NCBI GenBank assembly: GCA_019057355.1
Contig: DXJM01000002.1
Coordinates: forward strand, 1 to 36,077
Length of the DNA stretch: 36,077 nt
Source: Promethearchaeota archaeon
GTDB lineage: Archaea; Asgardarchaeota; Lokiarchaeia; Sigyniarchaeales; SOKP01
Direction: 5' to 3'
The position numbers and the translations under genes are program-made. A model generated the notes under the pieces. That model ran no database searches. It was not told the origin of the DNA and saw only the letters and a program-made list of their open reading frames with translations. This document shows positions 1 through 15,000 of the stretch, piece after piece; positions within the stretch are counted from its first letter, which is position 1, and each line of letters begins with the position of its first letter.

Positions 1-3000
1 ATCAAGCTCAAAAGTAAGGTTGCTTCGATCACGGTAATATCCTTCGATTAGAGAGATTTCCAATCCATTAGCATTTGTATAATCTTGAGAAAGATCAAAC
101 ACGTGGTTATTTGAACTTATATCATACGGATAAAATACTTCGATGGCGTCTTGCTTGACCTCATATTCTCCTAATGTCTCATTCAAGTAAATTATTTTGT
201 ATTCCTTTGATGTTTCATTGTAATATTCGAAGCAGATCCTAATAGAATCAGGATCCACTTTAACCTGTTCTATTACATTCCATTCCTTCCAGGATTGATT
301 GTCACTCCAAGCAATATAGAGATAATTGAACTTATTGATAAATGGATGATAAGTATTATACAAATCATCAATAGCATTTTCATTATGCCCACTTGCGGGT
401 TGAGAGTACCAGTAATATTCTTCACTATATCCTGCATTCCAAGTGATATTATAGATTCCATAAATATCTTTGTTAATATTTAAATGCTTCCCAGGATAAT
501 AGGAGTTCCCGCTAGCTTCATATATTGTAAAAGATTCAGTCTCGTCAAAGTTATCATCATACGCATAAAGTGGTATTTTACCCTCAGTGTCTACTTGTAG
601 GTTATAATATTCATCATTTGGGTCATATAAATTGGTATAATTTCCATAATATATGGTCTTGAGATGATTTTCTTGATAGATTTTAAACATATCTGAATCA
701 TATAAGGTTGCATTGTTATCAAATTCAAAAATGTTAACAGAATCCACGATTAATTCATAGCGTGGATCGTTTGAAGTAATAAGGACGTCGGTGATATAAC
801 AATGTTCAATTCCTTGAGAATCTTGCATCTTAAAATCAGTATTAATTTGATCAAAACTGATATTGAAGATCCTTTGTACATGTGTATTATGAAAGCCCGA
901 TTCAAATGGTGTCAGATCTAATTGGTGTTCCCAAGCAACGAGCTTATTTCTTTGAGTAAATATATCTTCTAAAACGTTATATTCCACTTCGTCATTATTT
1001 ATACCCAAGAGGCTAATTTCGGCATAAGGGATAAATGCAGGTCCATTTTCATCGTAATTTATAACCATGGGCTTGCGTTGAAGGACTATTTCATTAATGG
1101 TGAGTCCGATATGTTTTTTTAGGATAGTATCATATTCAAGTGAGATAATATCTCCCGATCTCATCATGATGGTATTGCCATTCCGATCTTGATAATACTC
1201 GGGTAATGTTATATTATTTAATTGTATTTCCTTTTTATCTCCTTCTTCTTCAATTTTTTCTGTCCTTACTCCTATATCGGTTATGGTATACATCAATTCA
1301 TCTAAATGATTGAAAACATAAACTACTCCGTTCTCAAGCGAAAAAATATCTTTCTCCAAGTCAACTCCTAGAAATCCATTCTTTACCAAGGAATCATCCC
1401 ATTGAATTATTTGAGATGTAGGAATCCCTTGTTCGTAATAATATGCATTAAAGTCCGAATGTTCGTAAAATATTGGAGTTATTACCATTCTCGCATCATT
1501 TGCGATCGTAAATTGGTGATAATCACCTGTCGGAAGGGGCAAGTAAACGAGAGAACCTTCGATGAAATCAACGGGCTTTATTATAATCGATCCTATAACA
1601 TGAGTGCCGGAGCTATTTGTAAACTTGAATTCAACAAATAAGTGCGAAAGTATCTCATAATTTGAAATTCCCATTTTTAAAATGAGCGTGTCATAATTTT
1701 CCCATCCATTTTCAGGGTCATTAAGATCTTCTGAAAGGAGATACGTGAGGCTATTGGAATCTTCCAATTTGGCATAAATTTGTCTAGCTTTTCCTTCGCA
1801 ATAAGGACTGAATGGATCGATATGGTGAAGGAAATGTGGATTTTCCAAGTTTGGCATCAGATTATTTGTAGGATCACTCGCGACTTGCCAATTATTCAGA
1901 GTAAATCGACCATGTACCAAGTCTGCTTCAAATTCGTGGAAAGTTAGGTATTTATTGAACATTTCAGTAGTACTTGAAATAAAGATTCTTTTTCCTTCAT
2001 TCAATCCATATACGTCTAGATTACTAATACTCAAGATATTACTGTTAACATCAAAAATCAGGTGATCCTCGTCGATAAATGCAATTTCATCATCACTATT
2101 ATGATAATGTACAAACAATAAAAGCGGTTCATCATCATCATCAATTAATGGAATATTGTCTCTAAGATCGATTGAAATAAGGTTTTTAGCAATATCTTTA
2201 GCCTGTAATACATAGGATAATTCATGAGCACCTTTTTCTTGAAGTCTGTAATTGATGGACATCATGTATTGATAATTGGAGGATAAATTGTAATACATTG
2301 GCGAAATGATTGATCCAGCAGATAGTGGATTATAGGTGTTATAAAATTGAGACTCCCAAGGCATGACTTCAACGAAGAAGTGTTTTGAATCGAGTAAGCC
2401 TCCCTTGGTCTTGTGTTCATATTGTATAGTAAAATTTTCGAGAGGATTAATATAATCCATAATAGTAGGTGTAAATGTAATGGCATTACCATCCACACTT
2501 GAAAGGATGAAATCCTCTACTATATTTCCATATTTATCTCTTACGATAATATTTCCATTTTTTAATATATCATCTTCAGACATGTAATAAGTAAGAGTTT
2601 GATTTGCATAAAAGAAGACCAAGATAACTTCTGATCCATCAATGATTTCAATTTGGCGTTTTCGAACCAAGTTTTCTGATATACTAAACCTCGCAATACC
2701 ATATTGATCGACATGCCAATTTTGAATGAAATAAGTAGGTAACATTCTTTCACCCTTATTAGTTTGAACCAGTAAGCTGTACTCATATACCATAGAATAT
2801 TCCTGAATGTCAGGAACGCCAGAAAGGTTAATTTCATTAGTTTCAAAACCTTCAAATTTAAATGATGTATGATTGAAGACATTTGGACAAAATTGAAATT
2901 CTTCCACGGCAATAGCCTTATAATTATCCATGGGAGCATAATAGCTTAAATATTTATAAGATGCATAAAACTTAGAATCATCAGTCAAGTCGGGGTGATA

Positions 3001-6000
3001 TGGAAAGTCAAAAAATGAATTGCCAACACTTGGAATCATCCAATATAACTTACTATTATAACAATTAAGATCTTCATCAATATAATAATCCTTATCACGC
3101 ATAAAATCGTACTGAACATGAAGATCGATTTGTATTTCATTTGACAGTAAAATTTTAACGGAATCAAGATCTATAAAGAAATTTATTTGATAATTTCCTG
3201 TCTCATTCAAATAAAGTTCGTAATCAATTCCTTCAGTGAGAACGCTGGTTGAAGGATTATAATACTTCATGCTAGGCGAATCCCACGTATATCCGTTTTC
3301 CTTCGATTTAAAATCATCTTGGGTAAGGGAGAATCCTTGGATACCTTCCATCCACTCCCACTCCTTGCAGATACGATCAATAGAATCCACTCGAATAGAG
3401 TTAATTCTTGACGTGGAGCTTGGAATTTTATAAATGAACTCGATATTTCCATCAATAGGATAAATCAAGTCTTCCGAATCAAGGTCGATACGATGATGCA
3501 TATATACAGATCCATCTATATAGATTTCATCACTAGTCAGTGGTGTTTCAGATAGGAAAAATTCATAATCGAAATCGTTAAAATTTTCTACATCAATCGT
3601 ATAATCTCTTCCTTTCCAGCTCCATTGCCAATTCATTGGAAATTCTTGATTGATAACGGGAATCTCACCATCTATAAACGTATCATTTCCTTTATATAGT
3701 GAAATCATTCCTTCAAAATATAAAGGTACATTCGTTTCATAAGCATTAATTAACAATCCAAGCGAATCGACTAATTGATTATTATGTTCAGAAAGACATT
3801 GGAAGTGATGCTGTTTATCTTGAATTATCTCATGCACAATGAGATCACCTTCCTTATCCAGCTTGACCAGTTCTCCATAGCCATCAAACCCTTCAACTGC
3901 AATTGTCATCCAACTACCATTATAAACATCATATAGTTCATTTAATTTAGGTGAAAATATCTGAGCATAATTGGGACTAGAAATTACTTCTTTCATCTTC
4001 AAGTCACCATTGCGATACTGAGGTCTTTTTGCCACAGTTTGAACGATCCTATCATCTGCAGTAAAAATTAACTCGTCGATGATAACATATTGAGGTGTAT
4101 TCATACCATTAGGCAAGATGATGAATTCTAATTCCATATCGATAATTGAATACCCCTTCATATTGTATACGGGTTGTAGATTAATTTCAAAATCATATCT
4201 TCCATCTGGTGATAAAGTTGTATTAATAACATAATAATCAAAATAACTTTCACCATCTTCTTGATCGGTAATTATAAATGAAACTAAGACCGATCTTGTC
4301 TCATCATTTGCTTGTTTTTGAATACACCCATCAAGATAGAAAGTACCAGACATCTTTGACTCATATAATAAAGTCAAATATTTAAAAGTGAGCGTTGTGG
4401 AATTCTCTTCTGAAATTGGAACCAATAGTTTGGGACAGTTCGAAAGAAGTGAATTTTCAGGTTCTTCAGGAATTTCAACTAATGATATATCAGTTCCAGA
4501 ACCAGAATAATCATAAATCAAATTAGAGTCATGCAATCTTGAAATTTTCCTTATTGAGTCTGAAATACTCTTATCAAGTAATTGATAACCTCTATCTAAT
4601 TTGTATGTAGGAATGCCATAAGTTACATCCACCTCAATGCCATCTCCAAGATCTAAACAAGAAATCACGATTTCTCCTAGATTTTGAGGATTTATAAAAG
4701 ATGTATAACTCACGGGATTACCTGTTCCTGTAGTAACATTATAGATTTTGTATTCTCCTTGCTGTAATTCTGAAAAACCCATATCTAGTTTGATTTTTCC
4801 ATCATTAACCTCATGGGTTTCTCTAAATTCTGAATAATAGATTCCCGTATAATTTTGACTGTTGAGATTAAGGTAAAAAGCATCTCCTCCAATAACCGTG
4901 TCATGAATAAAACCATCAGCTTGTGAGAATGTCCAATTTAATACCTTTTGAGCTTCCATTTCGAGAGCGTAAATAATAATCAAATTGGATTGATTGTAAA
5001 TCTTCACTCCCATATCCTCATTAAATATAATTGTATGATTATTTAACAAGGTGTAATTACCATCAGGAAGGATTTCAATTTCATCATAATATGATTCATT
5101 AATTGCTCTAACAGAAACAATAGAAATATCTTGATATCCTTCAAGTGAGAAGATAAAATCATCTTCATCTAAACCGTAAGTATCTTTTTCGGTAGAGTAA
5201 GCGAAATGTCGTTTAAATCCATATGGATTATTATTTAAAATGTTTCCAATCGTTAATGTTCCTGAAACCGTATCATCATAGTAGGTATACAAGACAGTAG
5301 AATCATTTCTGAGATTAGACGTAGTGATGGAAAGATTAAGAATATTCAATCCCTGAATTCTCTCCTCTTGAATCATTCCAGACATATTATAAGTGCAATC
5401 TGCAGTAATATTGAGCTTGATTTGTTTCCCATTTAACATTTTTCCATCAAATCCTAAAGGAATCTCGAAATAAGTGAGTCCATCATTAACCAATGATGAG
5501 ATATATATCTTTTCCTGTCCGAGATCAATCCATTCACTCCATTCATCATCATCATTTTCCCTTATCTTGCCATAAATGATGAATTGAATATAGTCATCAA
5601 TCCCCTCTTCATCATGTAGGGGTGCTAAATAACCCGAGAGTCTTGGAAGAACATCTTCATAATAGAGCTCCTCCAAATCGATCCTTGCAGAACCCCATCC
5701 TGAGGTATACCAATCTATCAGGTCTAATTCCATAGTTGGTTCTCCAAATTTCAAGTAGTTCTCAGGACGGCATTCAAGACTAATGATACGATGGATTTGT
5801 TTAGTATAGATATCCGGATTTGTAAACACGCTAACCTGGTACAGCCCGGGGATTAGTTGTGTTAGATATTCATCTCCAATAGTGAACTCTGCCGTTCCAT
5901 ACTCATTCAAATAAACCATTTGCATGGCGCTTCCTTGGGTAAATGGACTCTCTCCATAATAGTTAGTTATCTCAGACCATATGGGGGTACCCGTGATGAG

Positions 6001-9000
6001 GTCAGATTGCTTGTTATTTCCACCTAATAACTGCTCTAGTATCAAGTCATCAGTTTTATGTGGATTAGCGAGATCGTCAGTGTCCAGGAGTTTTAATTGT
6101 GGTTTAAGATCCGCTTCGGCAATTTCAACTTCAAATGCAAATGTATTATTTAATTTAGTTCCGCATTGATAAACCAACAAGTTTGGAACACCCATCATCA
6201 AATCTTCGGGATAAAGGGTGATCAAACCTTCCGCATATGAACCTTGGTAATAAATTGTCTCAGCAGTGTTATATTCTTCAAGTTCCGCTGTTCGATCAAG
6301 ATCAAATACATTTTCACCTTCTGTACATCTTAATCCATAGGTTTCAATAAATGCTAAATCTTCAGCATTAGGTTCAAAGATAGGAACATGGAATACTCTT
6401 ATATATAGTCTAAAATCATCCAATGAATCCTTGGTGATGGTTCCCATACTAAACATGCTTTCATCAAAAATGTTGAAAAAATCATCTATAATATCATAAT
6501 CAAAACTAATATTAAAACTGACATGACCTGAATCATCAGAAATTTGATAATCATAGAAATATGAACTATATTGTTTGATTTGTAAATCATTAGGATCAAG
6601 ATAATCATATATTTCAGGTTTATTGAACATTGATGATCGAAAACCTTTAATACCGGGGCCAATTGAGGTATATTGCCCCTCTTCAGTGAAAGAAATGGTT
6701 CCTGGTGATTCAGTATCTATATAATTCCCATTCTGGTCATTCCAATCAATTTCCTTGAAATTATTTCCTGCTTTGGGTTTTATTCCAATTTCACACCAGA
6801 CAATTTGGTTGGGAAGTGGTTGATCTTTATCATCAGTGAGTTTAAAAGTAAGCTCATATTGATCAGTAATAGTCTTATGTAGATCAAGATAGGTATATAA
6901 TTCATCCTCAAGTAATTGCTCATATTCACTTGTAAGAGCAGAATATTTACGTTCAGTTGTTACAGCTCTATCACGGCTTTTGCTGGGATCATCAATGACA
7001 TATTTAATTTTACTTTTCTTACCATCAATTGAAATCTTGAAATTTTCTATTATGCTTTTCGTTGTGTCATATGGACTATTATATACAGAATAATCTATGA
7101 TAATGGTGTTTCCTTCATGATCCGTAAAGTTTGAAGGGAAATATACTAATCTTCCTATCATATCATATTTAATTGGTAATTTGAGAGCTTCCTGCCCATT
7201 CCCGATATAGAATTCACTATCAAAATCACCCGTTTTCTCAATAGGCACGTGAGTAATTGGAATCCAAGTGCCATCTTCTAACATTACTTCTAAAAGCATG
7301 TTTTGCATCAGGTTGATTTCTTCTGTCAAAAATGCATCATATTCTAACATGAATATGCTTTGCATCGTATAATTGATGCCTAATGATGTATTTAAAGAGT
7401 AAAAAATCAGATAATTTGAATCCTCTCCGGTAATGTTAAATTCACATCCATTATATAAGATCTTTTTCAAGTATAAAGCATCAGAAAGAAGATTCGACAC
7501 GGTGATAGTTGCCATATCGATTAATTCAGATATTGCATAATGTGATAATTTAATTAAGGGAATGTAAGAATATTCAATCCTGATATATGATTCACTTCCA
7601 ATATATGTAAGGAACAAGACATCCAATCCATTATTATTATTAATGAAATAATTGTAATCTGAAATGGCTATCTGATTTCCTTCACCATCATACACGTTGA
7701 TCAATCCAATAATTCCTGAACCAATTGAAGAACCGCTGATTCCCACTATAGAGCCTTGACTAACAGGGAGGAGAGAACTATTTTCAACCTGAAAGTCAAA
7801 TCGAAGCATTTCCCTGTATGCTCTCCTATCGATCCAATTAAATGTATCATAATTAAATTCCCTGAATTCAATCGGTGTCAACGCCTCATCCAAATTTGCG
7901 AATGTTGCTGGTATGATTTTCTTGCCCTGGTCGATATCATAACTAATGAGTAATTTAGTGTCATAAGGGATGAGATAATTAGCATTCCAGTCAATTATTA
8001 ATATATATTGATTTGGATAATCGGTCCTATAATAATCATAATAGTTAATGGTAATTTCTTCGATTCGGGTATCACAATAAACGATTTGTCCGTTCTTAAC
8101 TTCCCATAGCTTGAAGATCTCGTTTCCATAATCCTTGTCAATATATTCAAGCAAGTAATTATCAGAATCGATATAGCTAGATTCACCTATGAGACCATGG
8201 AGAGCCAAGGCATACTTGGTTGTGCTTGAAATGCCAATGGCATCTGTTGCTCTATATTCTATGATTTCACGCGTGATCCGGTTGATCGAGTTGTCTAAAA
8301 TAAAACCCTTGAGTTCCAAGGTTCCTTCAAAGACTAGATCAAAGTTTGTTTCCAAGCCAAAACTATAATCTTCATTCACGATGATCTCCCTGTCATTTTT
8401 GAGAGATATCTTGGATAGTAATTGAGGCACCATGGCAATTTCTATCAATTGAGTGGAATTTACCGGATCTTCAAGCGGAGTTGTCAAGAGCATTAATTTT
8501 AAACGGTAATCTACCGAATCTACTCCATTCACATCCTCAGTGATTACGAATACTGCATGATACTTGTCCACGGACTTATCCCATTCGATGATACTAACAC
8601 TCAGGAAGTTGTTGGATAATTCATCATGTAATACCGCCCACGCATCCTTGATGAAATAAATTGAGAGAGGGGTGCTTTCACCGTTTATCCTGAAATAAAC
8701 ATCGATGGTATCGGCGAAATACATGTAATTAAGTTGAGTCAAGGATACGGGATTTTTTCCAAGCCTTGCTTCCAAGTCAGTTATTTCCATATTATATGAA
8801 TCCAATTCTAACTTGGCACCATCTACCTTGCACGTGAATGAAATGTCCTTGAAAAGGACTTCCAAGTCAGAATTATTTTCCATGATGGTATAAAATTTCA
8901 AGCTTGAGAGACCAAATATCTGATATGGGAAATTGACAAGCGTACCATTAAGGTTTTCGTTATAATCTTCTATATTTCCGGGCCACACGGGAGCATCCTT

Positions 9001-12000
9001 TATCAAGAAGCTAATCGTGTTCAACTGAGACCAGTCCAAGCTTACTTCCATATTGGAAGCATCCAATCGGAGTGCATCTAAGTAAAGCGGAATTTCCAAT
9101 ACTTGCCCCAGTCCAGGTATCGTCCTGGCATATTGAGTGGAGTGCTTGAAATATTTGTCAAGTTCCAAAGAATCTAGCGTGTAAGTGAATGAATTCTTGT
9201 CATAGTCCTCCAAGGATATTTGCAAAAGATCAATCGTGCAATGAGTCGAATAAATATTTGGGATCAAGATCTTGAGGTAGAGCCCATCATTGATGCTATC
9301 TTTTAACAAGGCTTTGTAATCCGAACCGTAATAATTGAAATGAATCATGTTATCTTGTATGACAAGATTTTCAAAATCAATAGAATCATCCCAAGTAATA
9401 GAACCGTTATCATTTACAATAAAATCAATACCTTCGTTAAAATTTTTCTTGGTATCAAATTCACCAGTTTTAACGTTATAAAGATAACAATAGGTTCCAA
9501 TGCTCCTCACGTGATCGAACAATCTGAATGCATCTATATTAAAAATGTCCATTATGGCAGATTTTTCCTCTTGCAAATAATAAGTTATGAGAAGGGGATC
9601 TTTCTGTGAGGCATGTTTGACAATAGCACCATAATCTTTACCTTTGGATTCCCAATTAAGCCTATAATCGAATTTATAATTCGAATATAACTTGCCCGAG
9701 AAATAATTTTCTGAATACAAGATCAAGTCTTCAAGATCTTGGAAGACTGCTTGGTATGATTGAGTTGATTCGTTCCAAAACATCGTCTTTACGTTGTAAT
9801 TTCCAACCTTCAAGTCGATCGACTTATCAATGACTTCAGAACCATCCGGACCTATCAGAGTAAATTCAAGCGTGTCACTGATTCCATTAAGGACCTTGTT
9901 GATGTCCAAGATACCCTTATTTTCAGCAAATATGAGAGATGCTTCATTGGATATTGAGATCTTGGATACTGTGTTATAATAGGTATTTGTAATGTACATG
10001 TTACCCGCCGCATCAATTGTCTTTATGGAAATTTCATAATAATAAAGCGATGGGTCGACAAGATTGTCATGTGGAATTCCCAAAACGTGCAACATGTTAT
10101 TCGAAGAAGCTATCTCTTGGTAGTTGGATCTATATAATACCATGTCATTCTCAATGGCCTTCACGCTAACTTGATATTGCGCCCGAATTATATCATCATA
10201 ATAATGGGTTTCAGGATCAACCAAGGTTTCCAAATTATCTGAAATCAAGCATGTAAACTCGGTCCATGGAGTTGCCTTGGTAATACCTGAATAGTCAGTG
10301 TTACCATCACCGATTATGATATTTATTTCAGGACTTTCAAAATCTAGCAAACATGTAAATGTGAGATTCTCTTCTTTTTGATTATCAAGATCAATCAAGG
10401 TAATTACTAATTCGATCTCATCTCCTGTCGTGTACAAGCCATTCGTATCTAATTGTATGTTTGACCAATTACAGGTGAATTTATTTAATGATCCTGCCAC
10501 TTGTGTGAACTCATCAACAAATTGAATGCTTCCTCCCTGGCCTATGGGAGCAAGCAATTTAACCTGATCCACGTTACTGGTCGTGATCAATTCAAAAAGT
10601 TTTTCATCTCCAGCAATTATTTTCTTGGATTCTTCCGTGATATCTGGATATAAGAAACCATCCAATTCGGTACAATAGAATCGAGCGTCGGAATAGAACT
10701 CAGCAAAGATTACCTTGGCATCGCTGGAATTAAACACATCATTGTAATCGGAATCGTATAGATAACTAAATTCATACTTGAGGTATAATTTCTCGTTGTT
10801 TTGTCTCGCTTCTAAATAACCTCCATCAAGTCCAATGTCCAACACGTCATCGTTTGAGATATAACCTGTATGAAGCGTTGAATTCTCATTTAGCCTAATG
10901 GGGGATATTAATTCACTATTTATCGTGGATACTTTTGCTCGAACTTCAAGTGTATCCAATTTTATCCACGCATTGATGTCAAGCATTAATTCTTGCATTA
11001 ATTGAACCATTCCAGCATTTCGCCATTCATATTCAAGCAAGAATTCAATGTAAGGAATGCCATCTTTATAGCGGATATAGTCGTATAATTCATGCTCATT
11101 CGAGTTTTTAAGAATGACTTTACCATAATCGATGTCAAATGGAATTAAGTCTCCATCAATATTTTTAACGGAGAGCTCAACTTTATTGGAAGATAACATT
11201 TCATTCTTGATCAGGGAATTCATATCATACTTATTCGATAAAGCATCCTTCACTTCAATGCCATAATCATACTTGATATTAAATAATAGTTCATTAATAT
11301 AATTCTTGGTACCGAACGAGTTTTCAGGATTTTCTATACTCGATAGATCGACCTTAAATTCAAGACGAGGATTAAGCATCGTGATCGATTGTTTTGGATA
11401 GTAGAACGCCACAACCCGCAACCGTGAAATGTTGAAAATAGTCTTTGTGGAATATTCATCGCTAAAAAAATCTTCATCAATGACGAATCTGTATTTTAAT
11501 TGGTAGTTATAATCATCATGGGGGAGGCCATTGAACCTGGAAAAATCAACCACATTCCTGTCCATAAAAAATCCGAACGTTTTTGCATCCAGATCGTTTA
11601 AATCATATGTTATGTAATCGATGGACTTCCATTCTCCTGATTTGAAATCATAGAGTTGAATTTGTATGATGTTCGTGTTCTTTATCAATTTTGCACTAAG
11701 CTGTTTGTATGAGTTTTCTCCACCTAATGATCCAACCAACCAACTGTCCACTTGAGGAATCTCTGCGAAATCAATATAAAATGACAATCCCTCCACACGC
11801 TGGGATATCGGTATTGAAAAATTATTCGTAAATGTTTGGGAAGCGACATATTCATTACTTTTCCAGCAATCAGTGATGAATGACAAATCAGCACGCAAGT
11901 TATCGATAAAATTATTAAGATCTATTCCAAATTCATCCCATATTGCTACGTTATCGACAAAGATTGTACCATCCCGGATGTAATAGTCTTTCCGGTCTAT

Positions 12001-15000
12001 TTGAATGTCTCCCGTGCAAGTGTGAATCTTCACGGCATCTATGAGAAAGATATTTTCTTGTGCTTCGACGATGAACTTGTAGTAGAATTCTTCGGTACCT
12101 ACATTTATCAAGGGAACATCATTGACCCAACCCGTTGCCATGCAAGGGATCTCATCGAACTTCATAGAAGCATAGTAATTATCATAATGTTTGAACGTAT
12201 TGATTATTAAAGTCTTTTCATCAATGCTGTAATCCGTCGGATCTATCAATGTCAAGTTTCCCGAATCTTCATCATAACCATATAATTCGATGATATCGAT
12301 GAAGGCAGGATTGTACTGGAAAAGTTCATCCTTTAGATTTATTTCTTGAACCCCATAACCACTTGTCGGATAAAGCTTTACCATATCAACCGAAGGTCTA
12401 CAGGTCTTATAATCGGCTTTAAATATTGTATTAAGCACTTCAAACGCAAATTGTCCGCTCAAGAATTTTCCCCTGTGAACGCCATTAAAAAGAACCGTGA
12501 TGTTAATATATAAGTGATAATTACTATCAAAACATTCTTTTAAGGCGTCAAGGTTGATGAATCCTGACATGAGATCTATTGGTACCTCATATTCCGTGAA
12601 CAATCCCTTGAGATTTTCTACTTTATATGTACCTATCTTATCTACTATTTCTTGATTCCTACTCATTTTATGGAAGTGAATATTAATATCATAAGTGCTT
12701 TCGGAAACGATCACGTTTGGCAAGCCACCCAAGTCATTAAGAAATCCCGCACCAAGATAGAGTGTCAATTTAATATCAAATAATTTCAACTCGTCACCAA
12801 TTCCCAATTGTAATGGGAATAGGAGCCCGTCTGAAAACTCATGGGTGATGCTTCTCCCATTCTCAGAGTTATTGATGTAATGCACCACTGCTCGAATGGA
12901 ATCATATTGATCAAGATCAATCTCAGTTGAAAAATTAATAAAATCTACAAAACCATTTTCTTTGAAATGAACTCGGTATGGTTCCTTAAGGAAGTATGAC
13001 AGGCTCAATTCATGATTGCTATAAAAATAGTCCACACTGCCATTTGCGTGTATTCCTGCAACTTGCTCGATTATCGTTATGTTTTCATAATTGTTATCGG
13101 GATAAAAGACGGTATCAACCACGGGATCACGAGTTAAATTGCTCCAAGGCAAGGCTGTGAAAGAGAATTGGTCATAGATGAAAATGTCCGTGTTTGATAT
13201 ATACAGGAGCATTTCTGTCTTGTTAAAATACCATCCACTTGGATCGAGGACTTGAATCGTTGCGGGATTTTCCGTGATTCCGTGAACATTAACCACATGC
13301 GCTATGTCATCACCCCAAGAAAGTGATGATAAATTGAGGTATGGAGAGGAATAAGACGGTGCTTCATAAAGAGGTGAACTCAACACGTTCTTCTTGATCA
13401 CATTGGTTTTTCTATATGCTCGTGTATAAGAATATTCTTTTGAAAGAGAAGCGGAGACGCTCATCCTGCCCTTGGTCTCAAAATTATCATCGTACACGAT
13501 GTCCCAATGAGGTTTGACTCCAGAATTATCAAATGTTCCGGGTATGACGTGAGTCAATCCCAACAATGTTATAGTTGCTTCATTATTTATAAATGTAAAC
13601 AATTTATTAAAATATTGATATTCATTCCTCGATAATTTGAAAACAATAGTGCAGTTATCCTCTTCTATTCCTTCTGAATTTTCAAAATAGACATTATAGG
13701 AGTGATCAAGTTGTATGCGATCATAAGTATCAAGATAATGGTTATCATGATCCCAAATTATTTTATTTCCAGAATCATGATACGCATAAGCGATTCCATT
13801 ATAGGGTATCCAAGTAGTTCCACCAGAAGGATTATAAATCTTTAAATTAGGTCTCCATGACCAATTAACGAAGTTTTGTGTGCTCGCTTGAAAATTAATC
13901 TTAAATACCACGTCAGAAATATCATTTAGGTTGTTAATTGAAATATCAGGAAATGTTAAATTAAATGGTAATGCACTGGTAAATTCTTGTTGATGCCACC
14001 AACTTGTCGAATATTGATACATCGTGGTAAATGACTTGCCATTTCCTTCATCTGGCTTTAATTTTGGAATAATTCGAAAATCATTTATAATTGAATTGGC
14101 TGTTAAGATATTTGATTCATTACCAAAATTAGGATGAGATATCTTTGAATTTAAACCAAATGTAATTGATTTCGGACTAAATGAATTAGCAAGAAAAATT
14201 TCATTAATTGAATAAATGTCATTAGAATCTTCCTTAATCTTTGAATTATGACCTTCTAAATCACTTATATCAATCTTTGAATAATCATTTTTAACCACAT
14301 AAAATTTTTCAGAAGGGTCATTTTGGATTAATGTTCCAATGTTAAATTGATCCTCACTAATACTATCTTTAAAAGTAACAGGCTCACTTGATACACCCAA
14401 ATTTAACCTTACTTGATCTGCATTTAAATGTATGGTTGAATATGCATCATGCCAACATTGTTGAGTGTGAAGCTTGCCTCCGGAATAAGTAAAAGCATCG
14501 GTATATGCATACGCATTATACAAGTTCCCAAAGAAATCTTCAGTTCCAGATTGAAATATCCACTGATTTAAACCTACATATGTGCTAAAATGTCTATTCG
14601 AAGAATACCCTTGCCCGTTAACAGAAAAATAAATAGTTAAATCTTCGGGTCTATAACCGGTCCATTGACCCCAAGGCCATCCAGCAGAACGCATGCTTCC
14701 AAAATAATACGATACATCCAAATTTTTGATATAAACATTATCAACCGGAAGTGTCCTGGTAAATTCGAATGATAATAAGTTTAAATCAATGCCATATCCA
14801 CTTATAATAGCACAATAAACTGTTGTGCCATCATGAGCATATAATTGGTTATAATTAGAGGGATAACCACAAACCGTATGATGAATTGTCCCGGGATTCC
14901 ACTCGTATAAATGATAAGCAGGATCGAAATAGTTATTGGTTATTGAAGAATCACTTGTAGAATAATTAAAATCCGTCCACAATCTCAAGTCTTCAAAAAC

